This document shows positions 9,104 through 17,734 of a DNA stretch of 32,000 nt, in pieces; the first letter of the stretch is position 1, and every line of letters starts with the position of its first letter. The notes beneath the pieces were generated by a model, which saw only the letters and a program-made list of their open reading frames with translations, made no database searches and had not been told where the DNA came from. The translations under genes were made by a program, and so were the position numbers. The DNA comes from Halomicrobium mukohataei DSM 12286 (GTDB lineage: Archaea > Halobacteriota > Halobacteria > Halobacteriales > Haloarculaceae): NCBI RefSeq assembly GCF_000023965.1, contig NC_013202.1:960001-992000 (forward strand). The letters are read 5' to 3'.

Positions 9104-9127
9104 CTTGGCCACGGCTACGCCCCCATC

Positions 9128-9140
9128 CATTAAAAAAGAC
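9128..9140 (-). promoter_or_regulatory. T-rich element (minus strand TTTTTTAATGG): likely pcna TATA-like box and/or oligo-T terminator of nirK
   Basis: A6 run at 9132-9137 on the plus strand. It is 29-34 nt upstream of the pcna ATG at 9103 and about 40 nt downstream of the nirK stop (9177). Confidence 0.4.
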
Positions 9141-9176
9141 GCCATTCACCGCGTGCGCGTGCGGCGACGACCGTCG

Positions 9177-10289
9177 TCAGGGCTCGGGGTCGAACACGTC
9201 GGTCTGTTCGTCGCCCTCCCGCATGATGACGGCCATGAAGCCCTTGCGAGCGACCCGGCTGAGAGCGTGATCCACGAGCTTGATCGGGCCGGGGACCTCG
9301 GCGTGCAGGGTCGTGATCGCGGTCGAGCCCGGCGGGACCGGCGTCGTCTCGACGAAGCGGTTGGGCTCTCCGGCGATCGAGCCCTGTTGCCACACCTTGT
9401 CCCAGACGGAGCCGATCGGGTGGTAACTGGACATGAGATTCGGACCGCCGGAGACGAAGTACACCCGAGCAGTGTCGCCCACGTCGATGCTGGGCGAACC
9501 GTAGCCGTCGGGGGTGATCGCGTACTTCTCGCCGTTCATGAGGACGTAGGTCGGCTCCTCGGCGGCCATCGCCTCCATGTCGAAGTCGTGGTGGCCTTCC
9601 TCTCCGGTCTCGCCGGTCGTGTACAGCTCGTGCTGGCCGAAGTAGAACTCGTGGTCCACTTCGGGCAGGCCGTCTTTGGGTTCGACGAGGATCAGCCCGA
9701 ACATCCCCGACGAGATGTGCATGTCGAGGTTCGGCACGGCACAGTGGTAGATGAAGCTTCCGGGGTAGGTCGCCTTGAAGCGGAAGGTCTCGGTCTCGCC
9801 GGGGGCCACCATCGACGCCTCCGCGCCGCCGCCGGGGCCACGCACCGCGTGGAGGTCGATGTTGTGAGGCATCGAGTTGCCCTCCTCGTTGGTGACGGTC
9901 ATCTCGACGGTGTCACCGCGACGGACCCGGATCATCGGCCCCGGGATCTGGTCCTCGAAGGCCATGTACGTGTACGTGACGCCGGGCTCGACCTCGGCGA
10001 CCAACTCCTTGGTCGTCAACTCGACCTCGACCGTCTTCGGTTCGTCCCGATCGATCGGGTCGGGAATGTCGGTCGGGTCTGCGGCGATACGGTCGACGTC
10101 GGTCTCCTTGGCTGGGTTCATGCTTGGCTCCTGTGGGGTCGCGCGATCAGTCGTCGATACCTCGGTCGCCTCCTGGTTGCTCGGCGCGGTACAGCCAGCG
10201 AGGGCGGCCGTCCCGCCGACGCCGAGCGCCTTGAGCACGCGGCGACGCGTCGAGCGTGGAATGGATGACATTGAGATTGCCTCCGACAT
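9177..10289 (-). CDS. nirK: copper-containing nitrite reductase (NirK), Tat-exported lipoprotein
   Basis: Cu ligand blocks HNIDLHA, IYHCAVPNLDMHISSGMFG and VDHAL. Twin-arginine signal plus lipobox: STRRRVLKALGVGGTAALAGC. The track start at 10295 is GTG; I prefer ATG 10289 (MSEAIS...). Confidence 0.9.
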   Translation of the reverse strand: MSEAISMSSIPRSTRRRVLKALGVGGTAALAGCTAPSNQEATEVSTTDRATPQEPSMNPAKETDVDRIAADPTDIPDPIDRDEPKTVEVELTTKELVAEVEPGVTYTYMAFEDQIPGPMIRVRRGDTVEMTVTNEEGNSMPHNIDLHAVRGPGGGAEASMVAPGETETFRFKATYPGSFIYHCAVPNLDMHISSGMFGLILVEPKDGLPEVDHEFYFGQHELYTTGETGEEGHHDFDMEAMAAEEPTYVLMNGEKYAITPDGYGSPSIDVGDTARVYFVSGGPNLMSSYHPIGSVWDKVWQQGSIAGEPNRFVETTPVPPGSTAITTLHAEVPGPIKLVDHALSRVARKGFMAVIMREGDEQTDVFDPEP

Positions 10290-10351
10290 CCGCACCTTTC
10301 TGCCCAGACCACATATATACAGAAGCGGGTTCTCAGGCCGTCAGAAGCACC

Positions 10352-10363
10352 CGAACTGGTTCG
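10352..10363. promoter_or_regulatory. CGAA-N4-TTCG inverted repeat upstream of nirK (candidate denitrification-regulator box)
   Basis: cgaactggttcg is read at 10352-10363, extended to the palindrome cccgaac-tg-gttcggg at 10350-10365. An AT-rich TATA-like stretch, catatatac, lies at 10309-10317 between it and the start codon. Confidence 0.45.
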
Positions 10364-10502
10364 GGATGGTATATAGGAAACACGGAGCCACAACACGACG
10401 ATCGACGATAGCTGTGCCTTCGTACCGCGGACCGCCCGTCTGTAACGGCGGTCGGCGTCACGAGGTGGCTGACGCGGTCACGCAGTGACAGAGCAAAAGG
10501 TT

Positions 10503-12830
10503 TCAGTCCCCGCCGTCGGCTTTGGATTCGTCGTCGACAGTCGACTGGCGCTGTTGGGCGACGGTGAAGGCGTCGAGAGAGTCCGCGAGAGTCGTCGCGC
10601 GCTCGTTGAGCGTGGCGGCACTGCTCGCGATCTCGGCGACCGACGCCGTCTGCTCTTCGGCGGCGGCCGAGACTTGCTCTGCACTCTCGGTCACCTCCTG
10701 ACTGATGTCGGTGACCTCGTCGACCTGGCCGACGACGCGTTGTGTGGCGTCGGCCTGCTCGTCCGTCGTCGTGCTGATGTCTTGGACACCTTGGTTGGTG
10801 TCCTCGATCGCGTCGACGATTTCTTGTAGCGTGGTGGAAACCTCTCGGACGGTTTCGACCCCGTTACTGATCTGATCTCTCGTCGTTCGGATGTCTGTGA
10901 CCGTCTCGTCGGTCGCGTTCTGGAGTTCGTCGATCTGCGTCTCGATTTGCTCTGCCGCAGTCTTCGTCTCCTCGGCGAGATTCTTGACCTCGTCGGCGAC
11001 GACATTGAACCCCTCGCCGCTGCCGTCGGCGTGGGCCGCCTCGATGTTCGCGTTGAGTGCCAACAGGTTCGTCTGTTCTGCGATGTCGGTGATAAAGTCG
11101 ACGATCTCGCCGATCTCGTCCATCTGGCTCTGAAGTTCGAGCATCTGCTCGACAGCGGCATCCGAGCGAGACTCGATCTCGGCCATGTCGTCGATGGCAG
11201 AGCGGGCTGCTTCTCGCCCTGCCTTCCCGCGTTCGGCGGTCTCACCGGCCGTGTTGGCGACCGTCGCGGACGCGGACGCCACTTCTTCGATACTCGCCGA
11301 GAGGTTGTTCATGTCGCCGGCAGTCTCTTCGAGTGTCTCGTTTTGCCGGAGTGCTCCGTCGGAGATCTGCTGGATCCGTTCGGCGACTGTCTGGCTCGTG
11401 GTCTCTATCTCACCGGCACCGCTCGAGACCTCTTCACTCGCCGTCGCGACCTCCTCTGCGAAGGCCATCACGCTGCCGACGGTCGATTCGAGTTGGTCGA
11501 TCATCGCGTTGAATTCCGTTGCGATCTCGACCATCGCCTCTTGATCGGTGTCAGGGTCCATGCGACGAGTGAGATCACCGTCTGCGACTGCCCGCATTAC
11601 GTCGCTGTAGGCCGTGGCCTGCTCTTTGAGCTGCTGGCTGACTGCTTCTGCCTGTTGTCTCGCGGCCTCGGCTTCTTCACGTGCCGACTCGGCCTCTGAA
11701 CGAGACTCTTCGGCCTCTTCGAGTGCCTCTTCGGCCTCGGTGATGCGTCGCCGGAGAGAGTTACGCATCGCGTCGAAGCTGTCGTACAGTCTGCCGATCT
11801 CGTCTTCTCGTCCGGTGTCGAGATCGACGTCGAGGTCGCCTGCCTCCATCTGTTCGGCTTGGCTTCGGAGCCGTGTCAGCGGGCTGATCGTCCGCTTGCC
11901 GAGTACGGCTCCGACGACGCCGAGCGACAGGAGTCCGAGCACCACGAGTAGCCCGACCGACTGGGCGACATCGTTACGGACGGCGAAGGCCGTCGAAGTC
12001 TCGACATCAGTCATGGCGACCCAGTCGGTGCCAGGAACGGTAGCGTACGCGTAGACACGGTCAGTCCCGATCCGGGTCGTCGTCCCGTTCACGGTTCCGT
12101 TCCGGATAGTCTCGAACTGCTGGGAGTGTTCCGTCGTCGACACTGTCCGGTCGATGTCGAGGACGGTCTCTCCGTTTTCGTTGACGATTGTGGTCCGCTG
12201 GTCGGTGTTCGATCCCTGAATCCGTTCGAGTTGTGGCTGGATCCGACTGACGACGACGACGTAGGAGTTGGGCCGCTGTGGGACGGAACTGGCAAACGCC
12301 ATCACCGGCCGATCGTTGAGAACCGGCGAGCGGTACGAGCGGTCGGACTGCCAAACGTGACTGTTCTCACCTGGCCCTTCGGGCACCTCCGCGTCAGTCC
12401 ACGGAGCGTCGACCTCGTCGAGTGAACGATCTTCGATCGGCAGCTCCGTGCTCGCGACGACCCGGTTCTGGCTCCTATTCACGTAGTGCATGCTCACGAT
12501 ATCTTCCGAAAGCAACTGGTCCTGCAACAGGATGTGGGCTGCTGCCGTTCGGTCGGATTGGAGTGGTTCGCCACTGGATACTGACCGGGTACTCGTTCGC
12601 ATCTCTGCGACCCACGAACCGATCGACTCGCCCTGGAGTTTACTGGTCTCTTCCAGTTGCTGAGTCGTACTCCGTTCGACGGTCTCCTCGGCTTGGACGT
12701 AGGTCATCCCGCCGACCCCCGCAATGACTAGCATTACCGCGAGAAACGAGATCGCGAACTGTGCGGCGTACCGCTGGCGGACGAACGACGGCGTGAGTAG
12801 ACGGCTGTAGCGCGTGAGTCGATCACCCAT
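10503..12830 (-). CDS. methyl-accepting chemotaxis transducer (Htr) with large extracellular Cache-like domain and HAMP domains
   Basis: TM1 ([21 protein letters not shown]), an extracellular domain of about 250 aa, and TM2 ([19 protein letters not shown]). HAMP motif: [21 protein letters not shown]...[14 protein letters not shown]. Highly conserved MCP signalling hairpin: [40 protein letters not shown]. Confidence 0.9.
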   Translation of the reverse strand: MGDRLTRYSRLLTPSFVRQRYAAQFAISFLAVMLVIAGVGGMTYVQAEETVERSTTQQLEETSKLQGESIGSWVAEMRTSTRSVSSGEPLQSDRTAAAHILLQDQLLSEDIVSMHYVNRSQNRVVASTELPIEDRSLDEVDAPWTDAEVPEGPGENSHVWQSDRSYRSPVLNDRPVMAFASSVPQRPNSYVVVVSRIQPQLERIQGSNTDQRTTIVNENGETVLDIDRTVSTTEHSQQFETIRNGTVNGTTTRIGTDRVYAYATVPGTDWVAMTDVETSTAFAVRNDVAQSVGLLVVLGLLSLGVVGAVLGKRTISPLTRLRSQAEQMEAGDLDVDLDTGREDEIGRLYDSFDAMRNSLRRRITEAEEALEEAEESRSEAESAREEAEAARQQAEAVSQQLKEQATAYSDVMRAVADGDLTRRMDPDTDQEAMVEIATEFNAMIDQLESTVGSVMAFAEEVATASEEVSSGAGEIETTSQTVAERIQQISDGALRQNETLEETAGDMNNLSASIEEVASASATVANTAGETAERGKAGREAARSAIDDMAEIESRSDAAVEQMLELQSQMDEIGEIVDFITDIAEQTNLLALNANIEAAHADGSGEGFNVVADEVKNLAEETKTAAEQIETQIDELQNATDETVTDIRTTRDQISNGVETVREVSTTLQEIVDAIEDTNQGVQDISTTTDEQADATQRVVGQVDEVTDISQEVTESAEQVSAAAEEQTASVAEIASSAATLNERATTLADSLDAFTVAQQRQSTVDDESKADGGD

Positions 12831-12836
12831 CTGTCG

Positions 12837-13943
12837 TCACCCCTCTACCTCCGTCGGAACCGTGATCTCTCCGGCGACGATGTCATCTCTCGATTGCTGG
12901 AGCGCTGCAGCGACCTCGTCGGGGACGGCCGGTTCCAGAGAAATACCGTATACCAGGTCGACGCCGTTGGCTTCGAGGCCCAACGAGACGACGCTGCCGC
13001 CCTGGAAGTCGGTCTCGACGATGTCCGAGGTGGCGCTGTAGACCGCGTTGTCGACGCGCTTGACCATGCTCGCGAGGATCACGTCGGCGTACTGTGGATT
13101 GCTCCGAGACTGGTCGGCGTCGACTCCGATCGCGTACCGGTTGGACGCTTGAGCGGCCTGAAAGACCCCGAGCCCTGCACTGCCTGCAGCGTGATAGACG
13201 ATGTCTGCGCCCTCGTCGTACATCGTCTTCGCAGTATCGTACGCGCCCTCGATGTCACTAAAACTCCCCAGATACGACGAGCGGACGGTCACGTCCGAAT
13301 CGGCGTAGTTCGTGCCGGCCCGGTATCCCGCTTCGAAGCGCTCGATCAGCGGATTCTCGACGCCGCCGACGAAGCCGACCGTCCGCTGGTCGGGGACCGT
13401 CGCGCCGGTCCCGAGATCGATCTCTCGACTCGTCAATTCGCCCGCAAGATGGCCGGCCTGGAACGATCCCTCATGCTCGCTGAAGACGTAACTGGTCACG
13501 TTCTCGGCGTCGACGACACCGTCGACAATCATGAACCGCTGCTCGGGATACTCGGATGCGATGTCGCTTAGTGATTCCTCCTGGACGAAGCCGATACAAC
13601 AGAGGAGGTCGTAGTTGGGCAACCTGCTGTCGGCTAGTCGCTTCTGGAGCATTGCGATGTCGTCTCGGGTTTCCGGTTCGTGATTCGAGAACGAGATCCC
13701 GTAGTCGAGCCGTGCCCGTTGGATACCCCTGTTTGCCGCGTCGTTGAACGATCGATCGTCGAGTCCGGCGAGGGCGTATATCATGCCGACCTGCGTGGCG
13801 TCCTCGTCGACCTGTTCAGTCTCCATCTGCCGATCTGTCGACTCGTCATCCCCCGTGATGTCCGAGCAGCCTGCGAGCCCAGAAGCGCCGACACTGGCGG
13901 TTGCCCGGAGCAGTCGTCGTCTGGTAAACTGTGGGAAACTCAT
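12837..13943 (-). CDS. Bmp/PnrA-family (basic membrane protein) substrate-binding lipoprotein
   Basis: Tat signal plus lipobox: FTRRRLLRATASVGASGLAGC. Bmp-type blocks: GMIYALAGLDDRSFNDAANRGIQRA, GFVGGVENPLIERFEAGYRAGTNYA, IVYHAAGSAGLGVFQAA, YAIGVDADQS. Its stop is 6 nt before the transducer ATG. Confidence 0.8.
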   Translation of the reverse strand: MSFPQFTRRRLLRATASVGASGLAGCSDITGDDESTDRQMETEQVDEDATQVGMIYALAGLDDRSFNDAANRGIQRARLDYGISFSNHEPETRDDIAMLQKRLADSRLPNYDLLCCIGFVQEESLSDIASEYPEQRFMIVDGVVDAENVTSYVFSEHEGSFQAGHLAGELTSREIDLGTGATVPDQRTVGFVGGVENPLIERFEAGYRAGTNYADSDVTVRSSYLGSFSDIEGAYDTAKTMYDEGADIVYHAAGSAGLGVFQAAQASNRYAIGVDADQSRSNPQYADVILASMVKRVDNAVYSATSDIVETDFQGGSVVSLGLEANGVDLVYGISLEPAVPDEVAAALQQSRDDIVAGEITVPTEVEG

Positions 13944-14222
13944 TGCACGTTACCTTCCAACCAGATCTATTTCATAAAGAGCATACCGTCCCAAATATCA
14001 GAAGCAATAATATGCATGGTAGAGAAATACATACATTGGTGTGGTCGCTCCAGAGAGCCGCCGCGACCACGCGAGACGAGCAGGCCGCCATCTGAATGGT
14101 GGCGTGTCGGTCCGGCCCCGATCTCTCATTCGATGTCCCTTTCCCCTTCGGCCGCGTCCATCAGTGTATGACCACCAGTACGTCCCGACACGGAGATCGA
14201 GTCACACGGAGGCGACCGTGAC

Positions 14223-15011
14223 ATGTCCGGTAAAGACGACTACTACAACAGGGCCAAACAGGAGGGGTATCGCGCCCGGTCGGCCTACAAGCTACAGCAA
14301 CTCGACGAGACGGCCGGCCTGCTGGGCCAGAACCGAACGGTCCTCGACCTCGGGGCCGCACCCGGTGGCTGGATGCAGGTCGCTGCGGAACGCGTCGGCA
14401 CCGGCGGCGTCGTGATCGGCGTCGACCGCCAGCGTATCGACGATCTCGACGACCCCGATCCGACGGTCGAGACGATCCGCGGGGACATGACCGACGAGTC
14501 GACGAAAGAAGAGGTGCGCGACGTGGTCGGTGCCGAGGGCGACGAGCGCCCGGTCGACGTGGTCATCTCCGACCTCGCGCCCAACATGACCGGTCAGTAC
14601 GACCTCGATCACGCCCGGTCGATCCACCTCGCGCGTCAGGCGTTCGCGGTCGCCGAGGACGTGCTCGCGACCGGCGGGGACTTCGCGGTGAAGGTGTTCG
14701 ACGGCCAGGACCTCGCCGACCTGGAGGCCGACATCGAGAGCGAGTTCGAGTACGTCCGGCAGGTCCGGCCCGACGCCTCCCGGGACTCGTCGTCGGAGCT
14801 GTACCTCGTCGCGAAGGGCTTCCTCACCGCGCCGGTCCGCGAGGGCGACACGGTAGAGGTGACCATCGAAGACGTGGGCAGCGAGGGCGACGGCATCGCC
14901 AAGGTCGAGGGGTACACGCTGTTCGTCTCCGGGACCGAAGCGGGCGACACCGTCACGGTCCGGGTCGACGACGTGAAACCGAACTTCGGCTTCGCACAGC
15001 CCGTCCAGTAG
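14223..15011 (+). CDS. rlmE: 23S rRNA U2552 2'-O-methyltransferase RlmE/FtsJ fused to a C-terminal TRAM domain
   Basis: YYNRAKQEGYRARSAYKLQQLDE...VLDLGAAPGGWMQVAAE...VISDLAPNMTG is the FtsJ/RlmE signature. The C-terminus, DTVEVTIEDVGSEGDGIAKVEGYTLFVSGTEAGDTVTVRVDDVKPNFGFA, is TRAM-like. Confidence 0.9.
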   Translation: MSGKDDYYNRAKQEGYRARSAYKLQQLDETAGLLGQNRTVLDLGAAPGGWMQVAAERVGTGGVVIGVDRQRIDDLDDPDPTVETIRGDMTDESTKEEVRDVVGAEGDERPVDVVISDLAPNMTGQYDLDHARSIHLARQAFAVAEDVLATGGDFAVKVFDGQDLADLEADIESEFEYVRQVRPDASRDSSSELYLVAKGFLTAPVREGDTVEVTIEDVGSEGDGIAKVEGYTLFVSGTEAGDTVTVRVDDVKPNFGFAQPVQ

Positions 15012-15089
15012 CGTCTCGGAGGGGTCGCCGAGCGATTTAGGTGTGTTCGGCACCAACCTGTTCGTACGGACACACCCGCTCGAACAGCC

Positions 15090-15608
15090 GTGTCCACCAG
15101 CTATGACGCTCATCGATCCTGCCGACGCTCCGCGCAAGACTGCACTGGCTCCCGACCTGCGACGACCGGCAGCTGTACCTGTCCCGACCACGAGATCAGA
15201 GGCCGGCGGTGCAAGCACGTTCGCCGGGTGGCAATCGAGATCACCGCCGATCGGGTCCCACCGCCGGGACAGGTCCGGGCGGCGTGTGACGCCTGCGGGA
15301 CCGAGACGTTCGTTCCCGAGGACGCCCCGACGCCCCATCTCTGTGGGACCTGCGCGCTCGATCCGGGGACGGTCGTCCTCGACCGGGAGACGGGTGACCG
15401 GCTGGTCGTCGTCCGCGTCACCGATCGCCGGGCCGACGACGTCCGCGTCGACGCCGCCGACTGTACGGTCGCGGCCTACCCCACCAACGAGGGGTACCCG
15501 GCCGACGACGTCGTCGTCGAGGTGGCGTATCTGGGCGACGGCGACCGCCGGTACTCGTTCCCCCGGTCGCGGCTCCGGCGAACGGACGACGCTGCGCTGC
15601 TCGCGTGA
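15090..15608 (+). CDS. SWIM zinc-finger protein with a second CxxC-x15-CxxC ribbon
   Basis: SWIM CxCxnCxH motif: CTCPDHEIRGRRCKHVRRV. This is followed by CDACGTETFVPEDAPTPHLCGTC and a beta-rich tail. The start is GTG and uncertain. Confidence 0.55.
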   Translation: MSTSYDAHRSCRRSAQDCTGSRPATTGSCTCPDHEIRGRRCKHVRRVAIEITADRVPPPGQVRAACDACGTETFVPEDAPTPHLCGTCALDPGTVVLDRETGDRLVVVRVTDRRADDVRVDAADCTVAAYPTNEGYPADDVVVEVAYLGDGDRRYSFPRSRLRRTDDAALLA

Positions 15609-15710
15609 CCGAGCGCCGTCCCCAGGCCCCGACGTGCCCACACGACGCCGTTCGACTCCGAGAATCCGTCGCTCGTAAGCGTTTTGCCGACGGCCACAGT
15701 AGCCAGTCGC

Positions 15711-16148
15711 ATGGCCGACTGTCCACTCGCGGACGACTGCCCCGAGTTTAGCGAGCGCATCGAGGGGATGGGGTGTCAACACTACGGCGACCGCGGTGGT
15801 GCCGAGTGGTGCAACCACTACAACCAGCCGATCTCGGACCTGAAGAGCCAGCCGGTCAAACTCGGCGAGGAAGTCGTCGTCGAGGTCGACGACATCCACG
15901 AGAGCGGTGCCGGCGTCGGCCGCACCGAGGACGGCTTCATCGTGATGGTCGACGGCCTCCTCCCACCGGCGAAGGCCCGCGTCCGGATCACGAAGGTCCG
16001 GTCGAACCACGCCCGCGCCGACGAGGTCGAGCGTCTCGAACTGGACGAGGACGACGACGGGGAAGACGACGAAGACGAGGGCTATCAGGGCGACGACGAG
16101 GAGGACGACGAGCGCCTCGGTAGCCGCGACAACTTCTGGGGCGGATAG
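15711..16148 (+). CDS. TRAM-domain protein with Cys-rich N-terminus and poly-acidic tail
   Basis: ATG 15711 (MADCPLADDCPEFSERIEGMGCQHYGDRGGAEWCNHY). TRAM core: GEEVVVEVDDIHESGAGVGRTEDGFIVMVDGLLPPAKARVRITKVRSNHARA. Tail: DEDDDGEDDEDEGYQGDDEEDDE. Confidence 0.8.
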   Translation: MADCPLADDCPEFSERIEGMGCQHYGDRGGAEWCNHYNQPISDLKSQPVKLGEEVVVEVDDIHESGAGVGRTEDGFIVMVDGLLPPAKARVRITKVRSNHARADEVERLELDEDDDGEDDEDEGYQGDDEEDDERLGSRDNFWGG

Positions 16149-16173
16149 CGCCGTCGGGGTGGACAGTCTCCCG

Positions 16174-16179
16174 TTTTTT
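16174..16179 (+). terminator. oligo-T tract downstream of the TRAM gene
   Basis: T6 run (ccgttttttcc) 26 nt after the stop at 16148. Archaeal terminators are typically oligo-T. Confidence 0.45.
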
Positions 16180-16262
16180 CCCGGACACTGCCGGTGGATC
16201 ATCGGATTTATTCGAGCCCGTCGGGCACGGTAGCCCGTGCCGTCGGCGTTCTCGCCCGAGTC

Positions 16263-16343
16263 ATACGGACGGTTGTAGGAATTTACCGGTGAGCGTCTAC
16301 CCCGTGGCGACGCTCACCGGTAAGCAACTACAACTTTCCGTAT
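16263..16343. repeat. 81-nt imperfect palindrome (35-nt arms, 29/35 complementary, 11-nt loop)
   Basis: Left arm atacggacggttgtaggaatttaccggtgagcgtc (16263-16297). Right arm gacgctcaccggtaagcaactacaactttccgtat (16309-16343). The inner 15 bp (ttaccggtgagcgtc) and outer 7 bp pair perfectly. Confidence 0.85.
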
Positions 16344-16624
16344 CAGACACCGCTCGCAGCGACGAGCACAGCGAGGCGTCCGTCGAGGCGACACTCGACG
16401 ACGCGCTCGAACGGGTCGCCCACGGTGCGACGGTCTCGATTCCGGGCATCCTCTTCCAGCGCGCGCTCACGCTGGCCTTTACCGCCGTCCTGACGAACGG
16501 CTTCAGCGCCGGAGCCTACGGCGTCTTCGCGGTCGTCCTGCGGTGGCTGGGGTTCACACCGACGGAGCGACGACTGGCCGAGACGCTGCTCGACCGCTAT
16601 CGCACTCGCCTGTCGAGGCGCTGA
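16289..16624 (+). CDS. short ORF, possibly a remnant of the N-terminus of a polysaccharide-flippase-type membrane protein
   Basis: The GTG start lies inside the hairpin arm, so the true start is doubtful. From about 16345 on, codon bias looks coding. [31 protein letters not shown] resembles the first TM region of Wzx-like polysaccharide biosynthesis proteins. It is far too short to be the full protein. Confidence 0.3.
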   Translation: MSVYPVATLTGKQLQLSVSDTARSDEHSEASVEATLDDALERVAHGATVSIPGILFQRALTLAFTAVLTNGFSAGAYGVFAVVLRWLGFTPTERRLAETLLDRYRTRLSRR

Positions 16625-16661
16625 CGACGACGTTTTGGGGCTGCCGCGCGCATCGGACCAC

Positions 16662-17444
16662 ATGGATCTGGAACTCGACGGCAACGTCGCACTGTGTACC
16701 GCAGCGACCAGCGGCCTCGGACTGGCGAGTGCCACGGCCCTGGCCCGCGAGGGCGCTCACGTCGCGGTCTGTGGCCGCACGGCGTCCCACGTCGACGACG
16801 CTCGCGAGCAACTCGAAGCGACCGGCGACGGCGACGTGCTGGCCGTCGAGGCCGACATCACCGACCAGGATCACGTCGCCGCCTTCGTCGAGGAGACCGT
16901 CGGCGAACTGGGCGGGCTGGACCACGTCGTCACCAGCGCTGGCGGTCCCTCCAGTGGGGACTTCCTCTCGACGACCGACGACGACTGGTACCAGGCCTAC
17001 GACCTGCTGGTGATGAGCGCGGTGTGGACCACCCGCTTTGCCTACCCCCATCTCCGGGACTCGGAGGCCGGGACGGTCGTCAACATCACCTCCCGCTCGG
17101 TCAGAGAGGTCATCGACGACCTCGTGCTGTCGAACTCGGTCCGGCGGGCCGTCATCGGCCTCATGAAGACACAGGCCCGCGAGTTCGCCCCCGAGGTCCG
17201 GGTCAACGCGGTCCTCCCCGGCGCTCACGAGACCCCCCGAATTCAGGAACTGATCGAGGACGCCGTTTCCCGCGGGGAGTACGACAGCTACGAGCAGGGC
17301 CGGGCCGAGTGGTCCGACGCGCCGCTGGGCCGGATCGCCGACCCGCGAGAGCTGGGCGACGTGGTCGCGTTCCTCTCCAGTGCACGCTCGTCGTACGTGA
17401 CGGGGACGGCACTGCCCATCGACGGCGGATCGATGCGGAGCTAG
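16662..17444 (+). CDS. short-chain dehydrogenase/reductase (SDR)
   Basis: ATG 16662 ([39 protein letters not shown]) gives the TGxxxGxG-like Rossmann motif. VNAVLPG and the C-terminal [14 protein letters not shown] are typical of classical SDRs. Confidence 0.85.
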   Translation: MDLELDGNVALCTAATSGLGLASATALAREGAHVAVCGRTASHVDDAREQLEATGDGDVLAVEADITDQDHVAAFVEETVGELGGLDHVVTSAGGPSSGDFLSTTDDDWYQAYDLLVMSAVWTTRFAYPHLRDSEAGTVVNITSRSVREVIDDLVLSNSVRRAVIGLMKTQAREFAPEVRVNAVLPGAHETPRIQELIEDAVSRGEYDSYEQGRAEWSDAPLGRIADPRELGDVVAFLSSARSSYVTGTALPIDGGSMRS

Positions 17445-17677
17445 CGCCGCTCGGGTTCGTCGATTCCGCCGACGACGGTGCGCTCGCTGGCGACGGACTG
17501 CCAGACGACGATGCCAAGCGACGCGACCGCGACGATCGCCGTCAGCAGGTAGCCCGTGCTGTCGACGGTGTAGAGTTCGCCGGGGAAGAAAAACGACAGC
17601 GCCAACAGCCCGACGGCCGCGAACCCGACGATGAACGGAATGACGAACAGCCAGAACTGCCGGGCAGCGCCTGCCAT
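17441..17677 (-). CDS. small membrane protein (two TM helices)
   Basis: [65 protein letters not shown] start, and it fills an otherwise empty gap. No family recognised. Confidence 0.5.
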   Translation of the reverse strand: MAGAARQFWLFVIPFIVGFAAVGLLALSFFFPGELYTVDSTGYLLTAIVAVASLGIVVWQSVASERTVVGGIDEPERR

Positions 17678-17734
17678 GGCGTCGGTTACAGCCGGCTATG
17701 GCAAGACTTTTTCGGCAGTGCCGGTCGGGTCACG

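Noticed and set aside
9104-9145. 14-codon N-terminal extension of PCNA ([14 protein letters not shown])
   Set aside because: Haloarchaeal PCNA proteins begin MF(K/N)AIVSA... The extension would remove the T-rich promoter-like element from its expected distance. The internal ATG 9103 is preferred.
7512-9149. 545-aa ORF on the minus strand spanning the GIDE-like gene and PCNA
   Set aside because: It is extremely Arg/Pro/Gly-rich ([20 protein letters not shown]...). It overlaps two genes with clear protein-like products. Off-frame artefact.
15043-15678. 211-aa plus-strand ORF overlapping the SWIM gene in another frame
   Set aside because: Its product is Pro/Arg/Ser/Thr-rich low complexity. The alternative frame contains a clean SWIM CxCxnCxH motif and a second zinc ribbon.
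14292-16202. 636-aa ORF on the minus strand
   Set aside because: It is antisense to the rlmE, SWIM and TRAM genes, with low-complexity Arg/Val/Gly composition. No motifs.
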